DNA from: Paraspadella gotoi
Taxonomy: Eukaryota > Animalia > Chaetognatha
Length of the DNA stretch: 64,000 nt
NCBI GenBank assembly: GCA_051294375.1
Contig: CM119266.1
Span: 22,263,875-22,327,874, forward strand
Reading direction: 5' to 3'
Shown here: piece after piece, positions 13,156 through 38,276 of the stretch
Position numbering within the stretch: the first letter of the stretch is position 1
How the letters are laid out: each line of letters begins with the position of its first letter
The notes under the pieces: model-generated
Seen by the model: only the letters and a program-made list of their open reading frames with translations
What the model was told of the DNA's origin: nothing
Database searches by the model: none
Position numbers and translations under genes: made by a program

Positions 13156-14742
13156 CCTACTCCCCATTTCCCTTCCCCTCCCCTCCCCTCCCCTCTTGCC
13201 ACTCCTAAATGTTTCCTTTTTTAATGGTATTTTAATTGTTGTTTCTTTTATTAAAGAGTTTTTGTCGCGTCTGCTTTTGGCATGGTACATTAGAAAAGGG
13301 AAAATAACTTTTAAAGGGTCATCGTTTATTTCACTTATTGAGTAAAATAAATCAAAAGTAACTAAACGTATGTTGTTACAAAACTAAAGGAAATTCGTAC
13401 CGAAGTGATACGGAAAAAATCATTCTAATTGATTGATTTTTTTGTTTTTTTTTTGTGGGAAAATTGAGAAAACGGATTTAAAAAAAATATCTTGCTCGTG
13501 TTTAAAGTATATCTAAAGATTTTAAAAAATTTTATGGGAAAAGCGGTAATTGCTAATGGGTGCTATTCCTAATATTTTTCATATCACTCCATTTGTCAAG
13601 GGGATAATATATTAACAAGACACTTTTTAGTCGTTTTTTTTTCTTTTTGCCTTCAGGTAAATTAAAACAGATCGCTTACAAATTATTAAATGATTATGAT
13701 TGGAATTTTTAACCTCTATGTCAGCCATTTCATAGTTTTAGCTTAATTGGAAAGACAACAGTTGAATATTTGCTCCAGCACAAATAATATTCGTTAGTTT
13801 AAAAATGAGCAAAACGAAATAAAAACGTGCCTCAATGAGAAAATGGTAATTCTGATTCCAATATATCCGAAATATTTTTGACAATCACCTAACTGCTGTA
13901 TTTTGAATGAGTACGAAGCTCGTTTCTTCGTCGCTTTACAAGTTACATAGATAAATTACTTACTAGTCCATGGGTTTTTTATTTTTTTATTTCAAAAGGG
14001 AAGTAAAAACGCTTATGATTCTATTTTTTGGAAAACCCTCATCATTCTATAGGTTAAACCCTTTTGAAACCGTTCATAAAATTTATTTTGGTCATTACTG
14101 CTCTTTTTAAATCGCAGAATGTTATTTTTCTGATATAAAAGATCCATCGTTCTTTTTATGATGTTCATCGTTCCAAATGAAAGAAACCGTTTGTCATGTT
14201 TTCAGTTCGTTAATTTTATTCAATCCGATGCGATTTGTTAATTCCTTCAAACCTTGTCTTTGATGAAAAAAAAAATATATGTATAAATGGCTTTTTTAAA
14301 ATCTTACATAACTTTTTCTTTAATGTGGCAATTATGTAACATTTTTGAGAGAGCAGACGTAAGATCAGTTTGAATCTGTATTACGGTTTTTCGAGAGGCA
14401 GCCTAAGAAATAGAAAACATGAGGATTAGACAGGTAGGTGCTTTCAGACATACCTATCGACTACTGCCTTTCTAATCTTTTTTGGTGCAAAGTTGGCGAA
14501 TTATCTGAGGACCCGATTTTAAGTAGAGACGAGATAAGATGAGGCGAATGTTAACGACAGCAAAGCAATATTTGAGGAACAAAAAGTTTAAAAAAACTCA
14601 CGTACAATTTAGTCAGTCAACATATACAAAAAAAAATGTTGAAACACTGAAAACGTTCATAAAGCTAAACTCTCATTCTAATAAAAAAAAAGATATTAAA
14701 TAAAGAGTACAATTTAAAAAAAAACCGAAAAATCAGCATCTC

Positions 14743-21957
<7,215 letters not shown>

Positions 21958-22175
21958 AAGGAAGAGAGCGTTGGAACGGCGTCGAAATGGGAGAGAGATT
22001 TTAAAGGTTGTGAATTTATTTTGAGACGACTTTGTTAATAACTGTATATGACGCAATTACGTGAGAAATGTCTAAAATAGAATTTTTTTAATTATTGTAA
22101 GATTTCGATAGGTCGCTTTTCTAAAAAGTGTTGATACAGATTATCTAAATTAAGAAGCCAGCAACTTTCTACAGA

Positions 22176-26437
<4,262 letters not shown>

Positions 26438-26438
26438 T

Positions 26439-26556
<118 letters not shown>

Positions 26557-26959
26557 TTTCGATTAATTCCCAGTTTTGTTCCTGCTAATTATTAATCGTT
26601 GAATAAACAATTTAAAAAATTGAAACAAACAAAAGAAAGAGTTTTATTAATATTTTTTTGTTTTCAAATCATCCAAGAAAATGTACAGTGCGAAACAACA
26701 ACGTAAATGAAAAATGTAAATGGAGAAAAAAAATAAAGCGACAAAATTTTGAAATACCCTGTGACAGCTCGCGTAAGGATGTACACTGTGTCCGTCCGCT
26801 TCCGGTGTAATTTTTTTGTTTTCGTTCGAAAGTCGCAAACAGCGATCGGAGCGACCTCTGACTCATTCTAACGTAAAAATACAAACTAAATTCGGTGCAA
26901 TGAGAAAAAAAATAATATGTCGGGATAGATTTATACTTAAACATTTGCAATCGAGGATA

Positions 26960-27292
26960 TTCAGTGATCAAAGTTTTGGACCGCCATTTTCGTGAGAAGG
27001 AAAAATCGATTAAAAAACTCGGCGAATGCCAGGAATTCTATCTAAAATTTAACAACCGAAATAAATTACGGGTCGAGGCGCAGATTTTCCTGGCAAAAAA
27101 TGAATTCGAATACAGGATTTTTAAAATTTAATCCGCTATATCTGAAATCGGATAAAAGCCAAGGGAAACAAAAGTGCCTTTTTAAGTTGTGATTGGGGCC
27201 ATCAGGCTAATGAAGATAATCTAAGTAGAGACAGACGAACAGACAGACGGACAGATCGTCTACGAGGTTTTGGGTCTTTATCGACCCGATTC
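26960..27292 (+). mobile_element. Possible Helentron-associated (HINE/DINE-like) non-autonomous element
   Basis: GACA/GACG short microsatellite (27230-27255) followed by a 3' hairpin GGGTC..GACCC (~27272-27288), a layout typical of HINEs. Left boundary is approximate. Confidence 0.3.
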
Positions 27293-27714
27293 GGACAGAT
27301 CCGAGTTTGGATGATCAGTGCAACGGCGCTAATGACCACCACGCACCGTGGCTAATCTGGCATCCTCCGTGTCCATCCCGGCTGTAACAGAATTAGTTGG
27401 AATTTCGTGTTACTCACTGGTTTTGAAAGTACACATTTAAAACAAGCGATGATAAGTCGACCGCGTAAATAGTTTTCATAGTAATAATGAACCGTGCATT
27501 CATTTTTGCTTAAAATCAGACAGAAAACAAACAAGAGTTTCCCAACTCAAGCAATCTTGAAACGCAAATATTGTATGAAAAAGTACAAAGAACATAAAAA
27601 ATCGTTCAAGTTTTTTTTTTCTATTACTTCGGGAACGAAAAAGGGACCAAATCCAGAGGGACTATTTCCGAACTAAAAAAATTCTTCGAAACAGAGAATA
27701 GCGGCGATGGGACA

Positions 27715-30268
27715 TCACGGCGTTCCGGTTTCGTCGAGCGCGCCTTCCCTTTTTACCGCGCCCCCGACCGGCGACACGCGTCCCGCCTGTCCGCCAGAAT
27801 CCGTACTCTCGACGCCGGCAATGTCCGGAACGCCGACGCCGAGTTCCGAAGGAGAGTTTATTGGAGAAGAGGACGAAGAAGTAGACCCCGCGGCGACGCC
27901 GCAGACGAGGTCGCCGCTTAAAGCGTCCGTCGTCCCCGCAGCCGCCGCCGCCGCAGCCACGGAGCTGCCGCCGCTGGATCCGTTGGCCGCCGCAGCCGCC
28001 GCCAATATTTCGGCGTTCTCGCTGTTGAACTTTGCCTCCTTTTGTCGCTTCTTCTGCTTCATGCGTCGATTCTGGAACCAAATCTTGACTTGAGTCTCGT
28101 TAAGACCCAGGGTGGTGGCGATCTCGATGCGACGAGCGCGAGTCAAGTATTTGTTAAAGTGAAACTCCTTCTCCAACTCTGTCAACTGTTTGTTGGTGAA
28201 ATTTGTCCGGCCGAGGCTGTTGCTGTTGTTGTTGCCGGCCGAGTTGTGAAGGTTAGCGTTGTTGCCGTGGGCGGGACCATGAGCGCCGTGGCCGGGTAGG
28301 GACGAGGGACAGGCGGGGGTCGGGTTTATGTTGTTGTTGCTGTTGTAAGCGAAGGAGTTGTTGACGTTAGAACCTGAAATGGATAACAATTGAATTTTAA
28401 TATAACGGATGTACGAGGCAATTAGGGTACAATTGAAATTTGTTTATGTAATCGATGGTCTTCGGAAAAAATAAAGATAACACGAAATCAAGTTAGTATT
28501 CGCGCATTAGCGTTTAATATAGGGTGATGTTTTTTCTTGCCAAACTGTATATGAAGTTGGTACAACCAATATAAAAATTATCCATTTATTTAATAAATAA
28601 GCTATCTTGTCCCTGACTTTGGACAGGCTTTGGTGGTTTAAGGCCTCCATTATTAGTATTATAACATTTCTCTTTACAAAGAAATAGACGATTAAATTAA
28701 CATTGATCGTTTAAGCATTTCATTCGATGTTGAAAAGGACAAAGACAACGCCGTCTAACGTTTCTTGAAATTAAGATAAATTTGGTATGTTTGTCCTGAA
28801 TGAGAAGCGGAAATTGAATTTAACTAATTTACTCTTCTGTTACCCAAGTAATTAATAAAGCCTGAATAAAGTTTAAATACGAAAGTTTTATACGGGATGC
28901 ACTTTTCAGCATGCAAAGACTGACGCGTGTTCTATTGCGAATTTTTTTATTCGCCAATTACTGCATTTATTATATATAGTTTCCATTATCAATAACACTT
29001 TGTACACGAAATCAAAAAATAATTCTTAATAAAAAAAAAAGTAACGCGATTGGGTCATTTCTCTGTCTCCCGTCAAATCGTCAAAAACGCGACAGTTAGA
29101 CGTCAAATCTGGATCGAAACGAAATAAATGACCCGCATTTAATTTCATTTTCGGGGGAAAAAAAGTTCGACATTGAAAAAAAGAAAGATAGAGAGATAGA
29201 GAGACACATGTTCACACAAATTTTCTCTTATAACACCAAATATTTGTAACAAAATGCATTCTCGAAGCTCCTGTTTTTAATAACTCGCTTGCTTGCTTGC
29301 TTAATAGCCTCGATCAGTGATCAGGACTTTTAGTGACAGTTTAGTTTTAGTTTTAGTTTAGTTTTAGTTTAGTTTTAGTCTAGTTTTAGTTTTAGTTTAA
29401 TTTTAGTTTAGTTTAGTTTTAGTTTAGATTTAGTTTAGTTTTAGTTTAGTTTTAGTTTAGTTTTAGTTTGTTTTAGTTTAGTTTAGTTTTTAGTTTTTAT
29501 TTAGTTTAGTTTTAGTTTAGTGTTTAGTTTTAGTTTTAGTTTAGTTTAGGTTTTAGTTTTAGTTTTTGTTTATTAGTTTAGTTTTAGTTTAGTTTTGTTA
29601 TTAGTTTAGTTTTAGTTTAGTTTTAGTTTAGATTTTAGTTATAGTGTTTAGTTTAGTTTTAGTTTAGTTTTAGTTTAGTTTAGTTTAGTTTTAGTTTAGT
29701 TTTAGTTTAGTTTTTAGTTTTAGTTTAGTTTTAGTTTAGTTTTAGTTTAGTTTTAGTTTAGTCGAGACTTTTGCGAAACTCCGTAAAATTTGAAGAAAGG
29801 CATCAATCAAAAGGATTTAAGGTAGGGGGACACCGATGACAGCGTCGACGACGAAAACGACGACGATGACGACGACGATCCGGAAAACCAGGATTTCAAT
29901 AATCATGCCGCCGAATTTAAAGAATAGGATTAAAGAGAAATGAAAAGGGGAGACTGAAAGAAAAAGGGAAAAAGGGAGAGAGGGAAAGAAAGAAGAAAGA
30001 GAAAGACCAAGCAAAGTCAGAGAGTTCCTTTGTTTGATATTATGACAAAGCCCTGCACTAGGACGACGATGACGACGGCGGTGATCATGATAAAGTTTAA
30101 TATTATAACTATGAAGTATGATGACGATGTCGATGTTTTAAAGAGAGTTGCTGTTGATGACGACGACCAAAGATGCGCGGACTTAGAAGATGAGAGAAGC
30201 GAAGAAGTTGAAGGCAAGGAAGATGAGGATTCCCCTCTCAGGAGAGATCGAGAGGAGGATGCGGAAAA

Positions 30269-30299
<31 letters not shown>

Positions 30300-31474
30300 N
30301 NNNNNNNNNNNNNNNNNNNNNNNNNNNNNNNNNNNNNNNNNNNNNNNNNNNNNNNNNNNNNNNNNNNNNNNNNNNNNNNNNNNNNNNNNNNNNNNNNNNN
30401 NNNNNNNNNNNNNNNNNNNNNNNNNNNNNNNNNNNNNNNNNNNNNNAATTCGACGGCGGCCCAACGGCGAGGGATGGCAACGAGGATTCGAACCCGAGGA
30501 CCTTTTGAGAAAATCCTGCCAACTCCGCACACACACATTGAAACACACATAAAAAACCCCACGACTCTGAAATATAAAAAAAAAGACGAACATGAAAACA
30601 ATGGGGAAAGGGAACACACAGCATTCATACTTGGTTGACTTTGAAAACTCTTTCGTGACTCGAACGCTGGGAATGAAAAAAAAATTCTCTCTCTCTCTCT
30701 CTCTCTCGCGCTGTCACACTAACGAAGAAAAGGTTATGAGTGGTTTTTTTCTTCATATTTTCAGCTTCGGCTTCGCGACGAAGAATCTTTAATGAGGAAA
30801 AAAAAAGTTTTTTGAATTTTTTTCTATTTTTTTGTTTCTACGGAGATTCACTTCGCAGTCACGAAAATTGAAGGAGGTAGAAAATTTAGGAAGGAAAGAG
30901 AGAGAGAGAGAGCAAGATACAGAGAGAGAGAGAGGGGGGAGAAAATTTGAGTGCCAGCTCTTTAATTCTAACAATAATAATCCTGAAAAAAAATATGAAA
31001 AAAATATTTTTTAAGGGAAAAAGACAAGCTTTGTCCTCCTTTTTCAGATAGAATTAATTCTTGTTTTTGTTGTTAGGTTTTTTCCCGAATTGTTTCAAAT
31101 TACTTTTCATCCATACAATGATTTCGAAAAAAAATTGAACTTTTTTTTTCGTCTTTAATTCTCTGAATGGCCTAATAATAAGTATTGTATGATTCTATGA
31201 AAAGACGGACTTTTTTTTTGTCCTCTGGATTAAAAAGAATGGACCCCGCGGGCCTCAAAAGATGGCCTCTTTAAGGCCAGAGGCCGAATCCTTCAATCCC
31301 TGTTTTTTTTTGTTGTAAAATCTGATATAATACTAATGCTATGCAGAACAGTTGGTGTCTATATCAATGTAAAAATAAAAACAGAAAATAGAGAGNNNNN
31401 NNNNNNNNNNNNNNNNNNNNTTGCTTGCTCTCACTCGGCTCGCTCTCTTTCTCTCTCTGCTCTCTCTCCTCTCT

Positions 31475-31546
<72 letters not shown>

Positions 31547-32218
31547 TTTCTGTTTTTATTTTAACATTGATATAGAACCAACTGTTCTGCATAGCATTAG
31601 TATTATATCAGATTTTAACACACAAAAAAAACAGGATTGAAGGATTTCGGCCTCTGCCTTAAAGAGGCCATCTTTTGAGGCCCGCGGGGTCCATTCTTTT
31701 TAAACCAGAGACAAAAAAAAAGTCCGTCTTTCATAGAATCATACAAATACTTTATTATTAGGCCATTCAGAGAATTAAAGACCGAAAAAAAAAGTTCCAA
31801 TTTTTTCGAAATCATTGTATGGATGAAAAGTAATTTGAAAACATTCGGAGGAAAAACCTAACAACAAAAACAAGAATAATTCTATCTGAAAAAGGAGGAC
31901 AAAGCTTGTCTTTTTCCTTAAAAATTTTTTTTCATATTTTTTTCAGGATTATTGTTAGAATTAAAGAGCTGGCACTCAAATTTTCTCCCTCCCTCTCTCT
32001 CCTCTGTATCCTTTTGCTCTCTCTCATCTCTTTTCCTTCCTAATTTTCTACCTCCTTCAATTTTCGTGACTGCGAAGTGAATCTCCGTAGAAACAGAAAA
32101 AATAGAAAAAAATTCAAAAAACTTTTTTTTCCTCATTAAAGATTCTTCGTCGCGAAGCCGAAGCTGAAAATATGAAGAAAAAAACCACTCATAACCTTTT
32201 CTTCGTTAGTGTGACAGC

Positions 32219-32276
<58 letters not shown>

Positions 32277-32603
32277 AGAGAGGGAGAGAGAGAAGAGAAG
32301 AGGAGTAGAGAGAGAGAGAGAGAGAATTTTTTTTTCATTCCCAGCGTTGAGTCACGAAAGAGTTTTCAAAGTCAACCAAGTATGAATGCTGTTGTGTTCC
32401 TTTCCCATTGTTTCATGTTCGTCTTTTTTTTTATATTTCAGATCGTGGGGTTTTTTATGTGTGTTTTCAATGTGTGTGTGCGGAGTTGGCAGGATTTTCT
32501 CAAAGGTCCTCGGTTCGAATCCTCGTTGCCATCCTCGCCGTTGGCCGGCCGTCGAATTCGCCGCTGGGATGCTTATAGAGAGAGAGAAGAGAAGAGAAGA
32601 AGA

Positions 32604-32675
<72 letters not shown>

Positions 32676-33730
32676 TTTTTCCGCATCCTCCTCTCGATCT
32701 CTCCTGAGAGGGAGAATCCTCACTTTCCTTGCCTTCAACTTCTTCGCTTCTCTCATGCTTCTAAGTCCGCGCATCTTTGGTCGTCGTCATCAACAGCAAC
32801 CTCTTTAAAACATCGACATCGTCATCATACTTCATAGTTATAATATTAAACTTTATCATGATCACGCCGTCGTCATCGGTCGTCCTAGTGTCAGGGTTGT
32901 CAAATAATATCAAACAAAAGGAACTCTCTGACTTTGCTTGGTCTTTCTCTTTCTTCTTTCTTTTCCCTCTCTCCTTTTTCCCTTTTTCTTTCATCTCCCC
33001 TCTTTTCATTTCTCTTTAATCCTATTCTTTAAATTCGCGGCATGATTATTGAAATCCTGGTTTTCCGATCGTCGTCGTCATCGTCGTCGTTTTCGTCGTC
33101 GACGCTGTCATCGGTGTCCCCTTAAATCCTTTTGATTGATGCCTTTTCAAATTTTACGGAGTTTCGCAAAAGTCTCGACTAACTAAAACTAAAACTAAAA
33201 CTAAACTAAACTACTAAACTAAAACTAAAACTAAAAACTAAACTAAAACTAAACTAAAACTAAACTAAACTAAACTAAACTAAACTAAAACTAAAACTAA
33301 ACTAAACAAACTAAACTAAAACTAAACTAAAAACTAACTAAACTAAACTAAACTAAAACTAAAACTAAACTAAAACCTAAACTAAACTAAACTAAAACAA
33401 AACTAAAAAACTAAACTAAAAAAACTAAACTAAAAAACTAAAACTAAACTAAAACTAAACTAAACTAACTAAAACCTAAATAAACTAACTAACTAAAACT
33501 ATAACTAAAAACTAAAAAAAAAATCTTTGAAAGGGAAAGTGATCGATCACATGACATGATCCGCGGTGAGACGTGACAGCAACTTGACACACGTGACACG
33601 CCAGTGACGCGGAAGTGACGCCAGAGTGACAACCGTCATGATGATGGCGCAGATGTCGAAGAGAGAGAGCGAGAGAGCGTTTCTAAGTTCGTTTTTCTTT
33701 CTTTCTTTCTCTCTTTCTTTCTTTTTCCTC

Positions 33731-33814
<84 letters not shown>

Positions 33815-34807
33815 TTTTTCTTTTTTTATCTTTTTTGAATGGATTTAGGCTACCCCAAATTCTAAATAAACACGTGTGACATAGCTTTACAAAATTTATA
33901 TATCTATTCACAGTCAAAAATGTCCGTCTGAAAACTTGACAGATGAATTGTAACGTAAGATAAAAAGGATATGAAACATACTTATAAGTAGGATAGAGAA
34001 AGAAGAGAAAGATCCCTAAATAAGAACAAGAAGGAAAGAATAGAAAACTGGAAAAAAAGGGAGATGAAGAAGAGAGAAAAATTAAAGACTGTGTATTACA
34101 CAGTGTGTAAGATAGAGAATTGTCCAATTTGAATAGATGTGTATCTTCTTCGTAAATGGAGGATTCTCTTAAAATTTCTGAGAAAGAAAAAAAAAGAGAA
34201 AAATAGGAAAGACAAACACGAAAATTACCGATGTGAGACGAATTCCGAAGGAGGATCTAAAAGTAGAGGAAAAAGGAAAGAAATCAACTTGGAATATTAT
34301 TTAATATTTAATATTTTTATTTCTTTCTTTTCTTTGCGTTTAAGATTAAGAGGAGAGGTCTTTTTTTAATGTTTACAAACAACGAATCTTTTTTTTTCAG
34401 TAATACGAGCCTGTTCGTTTTTGAAAATTAAAATTCGTTGTTTGTAAACACTAAAAAAAAATCCCTGTCCCTGTTAATATCTAATATCGAATTCAAATTC
34501 AAATTCAAATTATAACTAATTTCAAACTAATTTCATTAAATCCCCTCTTTTATTTCCGTCGAATTCTCTCGATCCGTTTAGACTTCATCGAATTTGAATA
34601 AACGACTTCTTCCTCTCAAACCGAGGCTCTCCTCCTCCCTCTTTCTCCTCCTCCTCCTCCTCTTCTCCCTACTCCTCCCAATATCACGGCTGACCGACCT
34701 ATAGCGTCTAAAAGTGGCATAAAGTGGGATAAACCGGGGATAATCCTCACTCTACTCCCGCGTAGGCCACGAGACTTGGGTTAAATTCGATTAGAATTGA
34801 TTTAATA

Positions 34808-34903
<96 letters not shown>

Positions 34904-36714
34904 CATGAAAAAATAAGAAAGAAATATCTACTCCACCCCTGCATTATTACGGCCCGACGGTTTTTTCGGGCGTCGAAGGAGCGATAAAAAAAACTTGTCG
35001 ATCGGGATATTCATAAATCGGGGGGAAACAAAAATTCCCCCGAGGCTTAGAATCGCGATACACAATCCCCGTCGATCCCCGCGCGTAGATTTCTTTTCTC
35101 GTTATAGTCGGTTATTCTTCACGCGTTAACGATCGCTGTCCGCGCAAATCACGACGACGACGACGACGACGACGAACACGCTTTGTATTTCAAAAGTTAA
35201 CGTAATTGTTATTGTTCAACTTTTTTTATCGAATGATGTCAGTTTTCTTATTTGAGATATTGTTATATTGTTATATTGTTATTAGTTCTTATTATGTCTC
35301 TCATAACTTAGGTCTTGATTCTTATATCTTATATCTTATATCGTCACACTTCATTCCTCCATCATCAGATCACAACACTTCACAACCTACGCGCAACTTT
35401 CCTTTTCATATTATCATGCCCTTCTTAGTCCCTATCCACTATAAAAATTTTGCCTATTCGTAACTGTCTTTGCAAAAGTGAGTCAATATACAAAAAACTA
35501 TTTCACCCTCAAGGATTTGACTTTTACCCCAGCAGATATGAAACTACTTTTCTATTTTCGCCTCTTTTCTCTTTCCCTCCCTTTTCCCCTTTCTCGCCTC
35601 ATCTCTCCATCCCACCCCGCCCCCCCTACTCCCCCCCGCGCAACGATAAGCTCCTCATCAGCGATGCGACGTCCTTATCTCGACCCAACAACAACCGTCG
35701 AAGGTTTTGATAGGCACCTACTTTGAATTTATGTATGTGAAGAAATCGAAAAAGAAATTTCTTCTCTTCTCTTCTCTTCTCTTCTCTTCTCTTCTCTTCT
35801 CTTCTCTTCTCTTCTCTTCTCTTCTCTTCTCTTCTCTTCTCTTCTCTTCTCTCCCTCTCTCTCTCAGAATACATAACCTTTGTAAGAATATTTTTGAACG
35901 GCACAGGTATTTTGGCTGACTCATTCAGTTATACATAACCCTCCTGATAAACGAATAAGCATAAATGAATTTCAATAAATTTAATACAAAAAAAGTTTGT
36001 TGAGCTGCTTCGGTTCATCGCAACGAGATGCAAGAGATAGAGAGAAGGAGAAAAAGGCAAAAGAAAAAATAAAGAAAAGAGAAGAAGAAAAAAAGGAAAA
36101 GAGACGAGATCCGCGGTGACAATCACGTGACCAAATTCTTTTTGAGAGAATTATGCAAATGAGGAGGAAGAGGATTTGATTCCATTTTTATCTGATTTCG
36201 ATGAAGTCGAGTTGAGGATGAGTTCGTAATAAAAGTTAATAAAAAAAAAAGAACGTTAATTAGAATGTGTACATAAAAGGATGTTTAAAACTTAAGAACG
36301 AAAAAAAGTTTTAACAAATAAAAATATTGTAAAAAGATCAAATTCTTGACAAATTAGATTTTGAGAACTGAAAAAAAAAGACACGTTTACTCTTAATATT
36401 GAAACAAGAAAAGTCGTTAATAAACGATTTTTCGAGGCTGTTAACGTCGTCACTCCCAGGGTGGTCGACGCTTTTTAAAAACTTTTCCAGAGCACCTTCA
36501 CCGGTGGTCCGGGATTGATTGGAGAAGAGGGGGAGAGAGAAATGGAAGGTCGTTGAGAGAGGGAGAGAAAGGGAGAGAGATGGCGAGAGAGAGATATAGA
36601 GAGAGATAGTGAATGATACAGAGTGAGTGAAAGTAAAAAAAAAACACGCGCCGAAAGAAAACATTTCAACAGAAAAATAATAACCACAACCACGTTGTAA
36701 TCAAAAACACGAAC

Positions 36715-36791
<77 letters not shown>

Positions 36792-38240
36792 TCTCCCTAT
36801 CTCTCTCATCTCCTTCTATCTATGCAAAACCGTCCATGAAATCCCTTCCTATCTTCGATGTCCATCTCGGTTTTATGCATTATTTGTTGAGACTTTCGTC
36901 GTCGTAAATCTCGACGAACTGTGATCTTCAGCCTCACTACTTTTCTCGAGACGTCATTCTGTGAGTGAGGGTGATGCAGTTTTATAAGGTGATGCCGCAG
37001 AATGTGAGCGATTGTGATTTTAGCGAAATAAAACGTGATATACCGAGAAATGCTACCGCAAAATGCTACTGACCAATGATCTGATCTGACCACTGATCAA
37101 TGGCCAATAGAATCCCATGAAACTGTTTAACTAAAAGCAGCAGTCGCAATTTACCAATTACTAAATACTGAAATTATTCCTAGAAAGTAAACGTTCCACG
37201 TGTTGTATTTGACCACAAAAAAAAAACGAAAAAAAAAACTATGTTTGGGAAAAAGGTGCAAAATTTGTACGCATATATTCTCAATTCTCAATTCTCGTAC
37301 CTTTCAATAGTTTTCGGTAGTATGTATTTGTGGTAAAGGTAATAAAAAAAACAAAAAAAAAAAGAAAACAAACATACCCCCCCCCAAAAAAATCGTTTAA
37401 AACCAATAGGCAATGCTTCTCACTGAGAATTGAGAAAGGGTCACACATAAATCTCAAGGAAAACCAGGGCTACGAATGACGACCTCCAAAAGAGCGAAGA
37501 GACGAAATCTCGTTGGCGTTAGTTTATGCGTCCGTCAAGTCGTCAGTCAATTGGATCGACGACTTGGATGGTTTTTCTGACGAGCAACAGGGATTCGAAT
37601 GAGGAGGAGGGGGAGGAGGAGAAGCAGGAGGAGGAGGAGGAGGGGGAAGAAAGAAGACGATGACGCGAAGAAGCACTAGAAAGAAAAGGGGAGAGGAAGA
37701 AAAGGGCTGGGATAAGATGAAAGAAGAAAAAAAAGAGGGTTGGGTGCTTTTTTTTAAAAGTTGTAATAGAGGGCGAGTCGGGGGGCGAAGGTGGGAGAGC
37801 GCATGCGCGAGACGATGGGTTCTAATGTGAAAAGGTTTAGGTTTAGGTTTAGGTTTAGGTTTAGGTAGTGAAAAAAAAGAACCTTTTTTATTTATTTCGG
37901 GAGTAGATGTTATCAACGTTGAGAAAGGTTTTACTGAAGATGTACAAATTGTACATTCGGAATTAAGGGAAATTTAATTAATTTATTAATTCATTAATTT
38001 AAACTCAGTCGAAAACAGATAATAAACTAACCTCGTTCAACGTTTCAATGGAAAAAGGTTGATATTTTAAGGTTTAAATTCTTAAAGAATAGGAACCCCA
38101 TTGCAATCGGCCTTATCAAGGGAAGTGACATTTCATGTTGGTTTTCAACCCTGAAAGTTGACGATGATTATTATGGAAACAAATGAAGATTCTTGGCGCG
38201 GGGAACCCTAATTGAGACGAATGGAGAAAGAAATGTACAG

Positions 38241-38276
<36 letters not shown>

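Noticed and set aside
29337-29760. Telomere-like array (also TTTAGG x5 at ~37835-37865)
   Set aside because: Units are TTTAG/TTTTAG, not TTAGGG or TTAGG, and are irregular and internal; treated as simple repeats.
30450-30530. tRNA gene candidates at GGTTCGAATCC motifs (30.5, 32.5, 52.4 kb)
   Set aside because: No acceptor stem, D-arm or anticodon arm could be folded.
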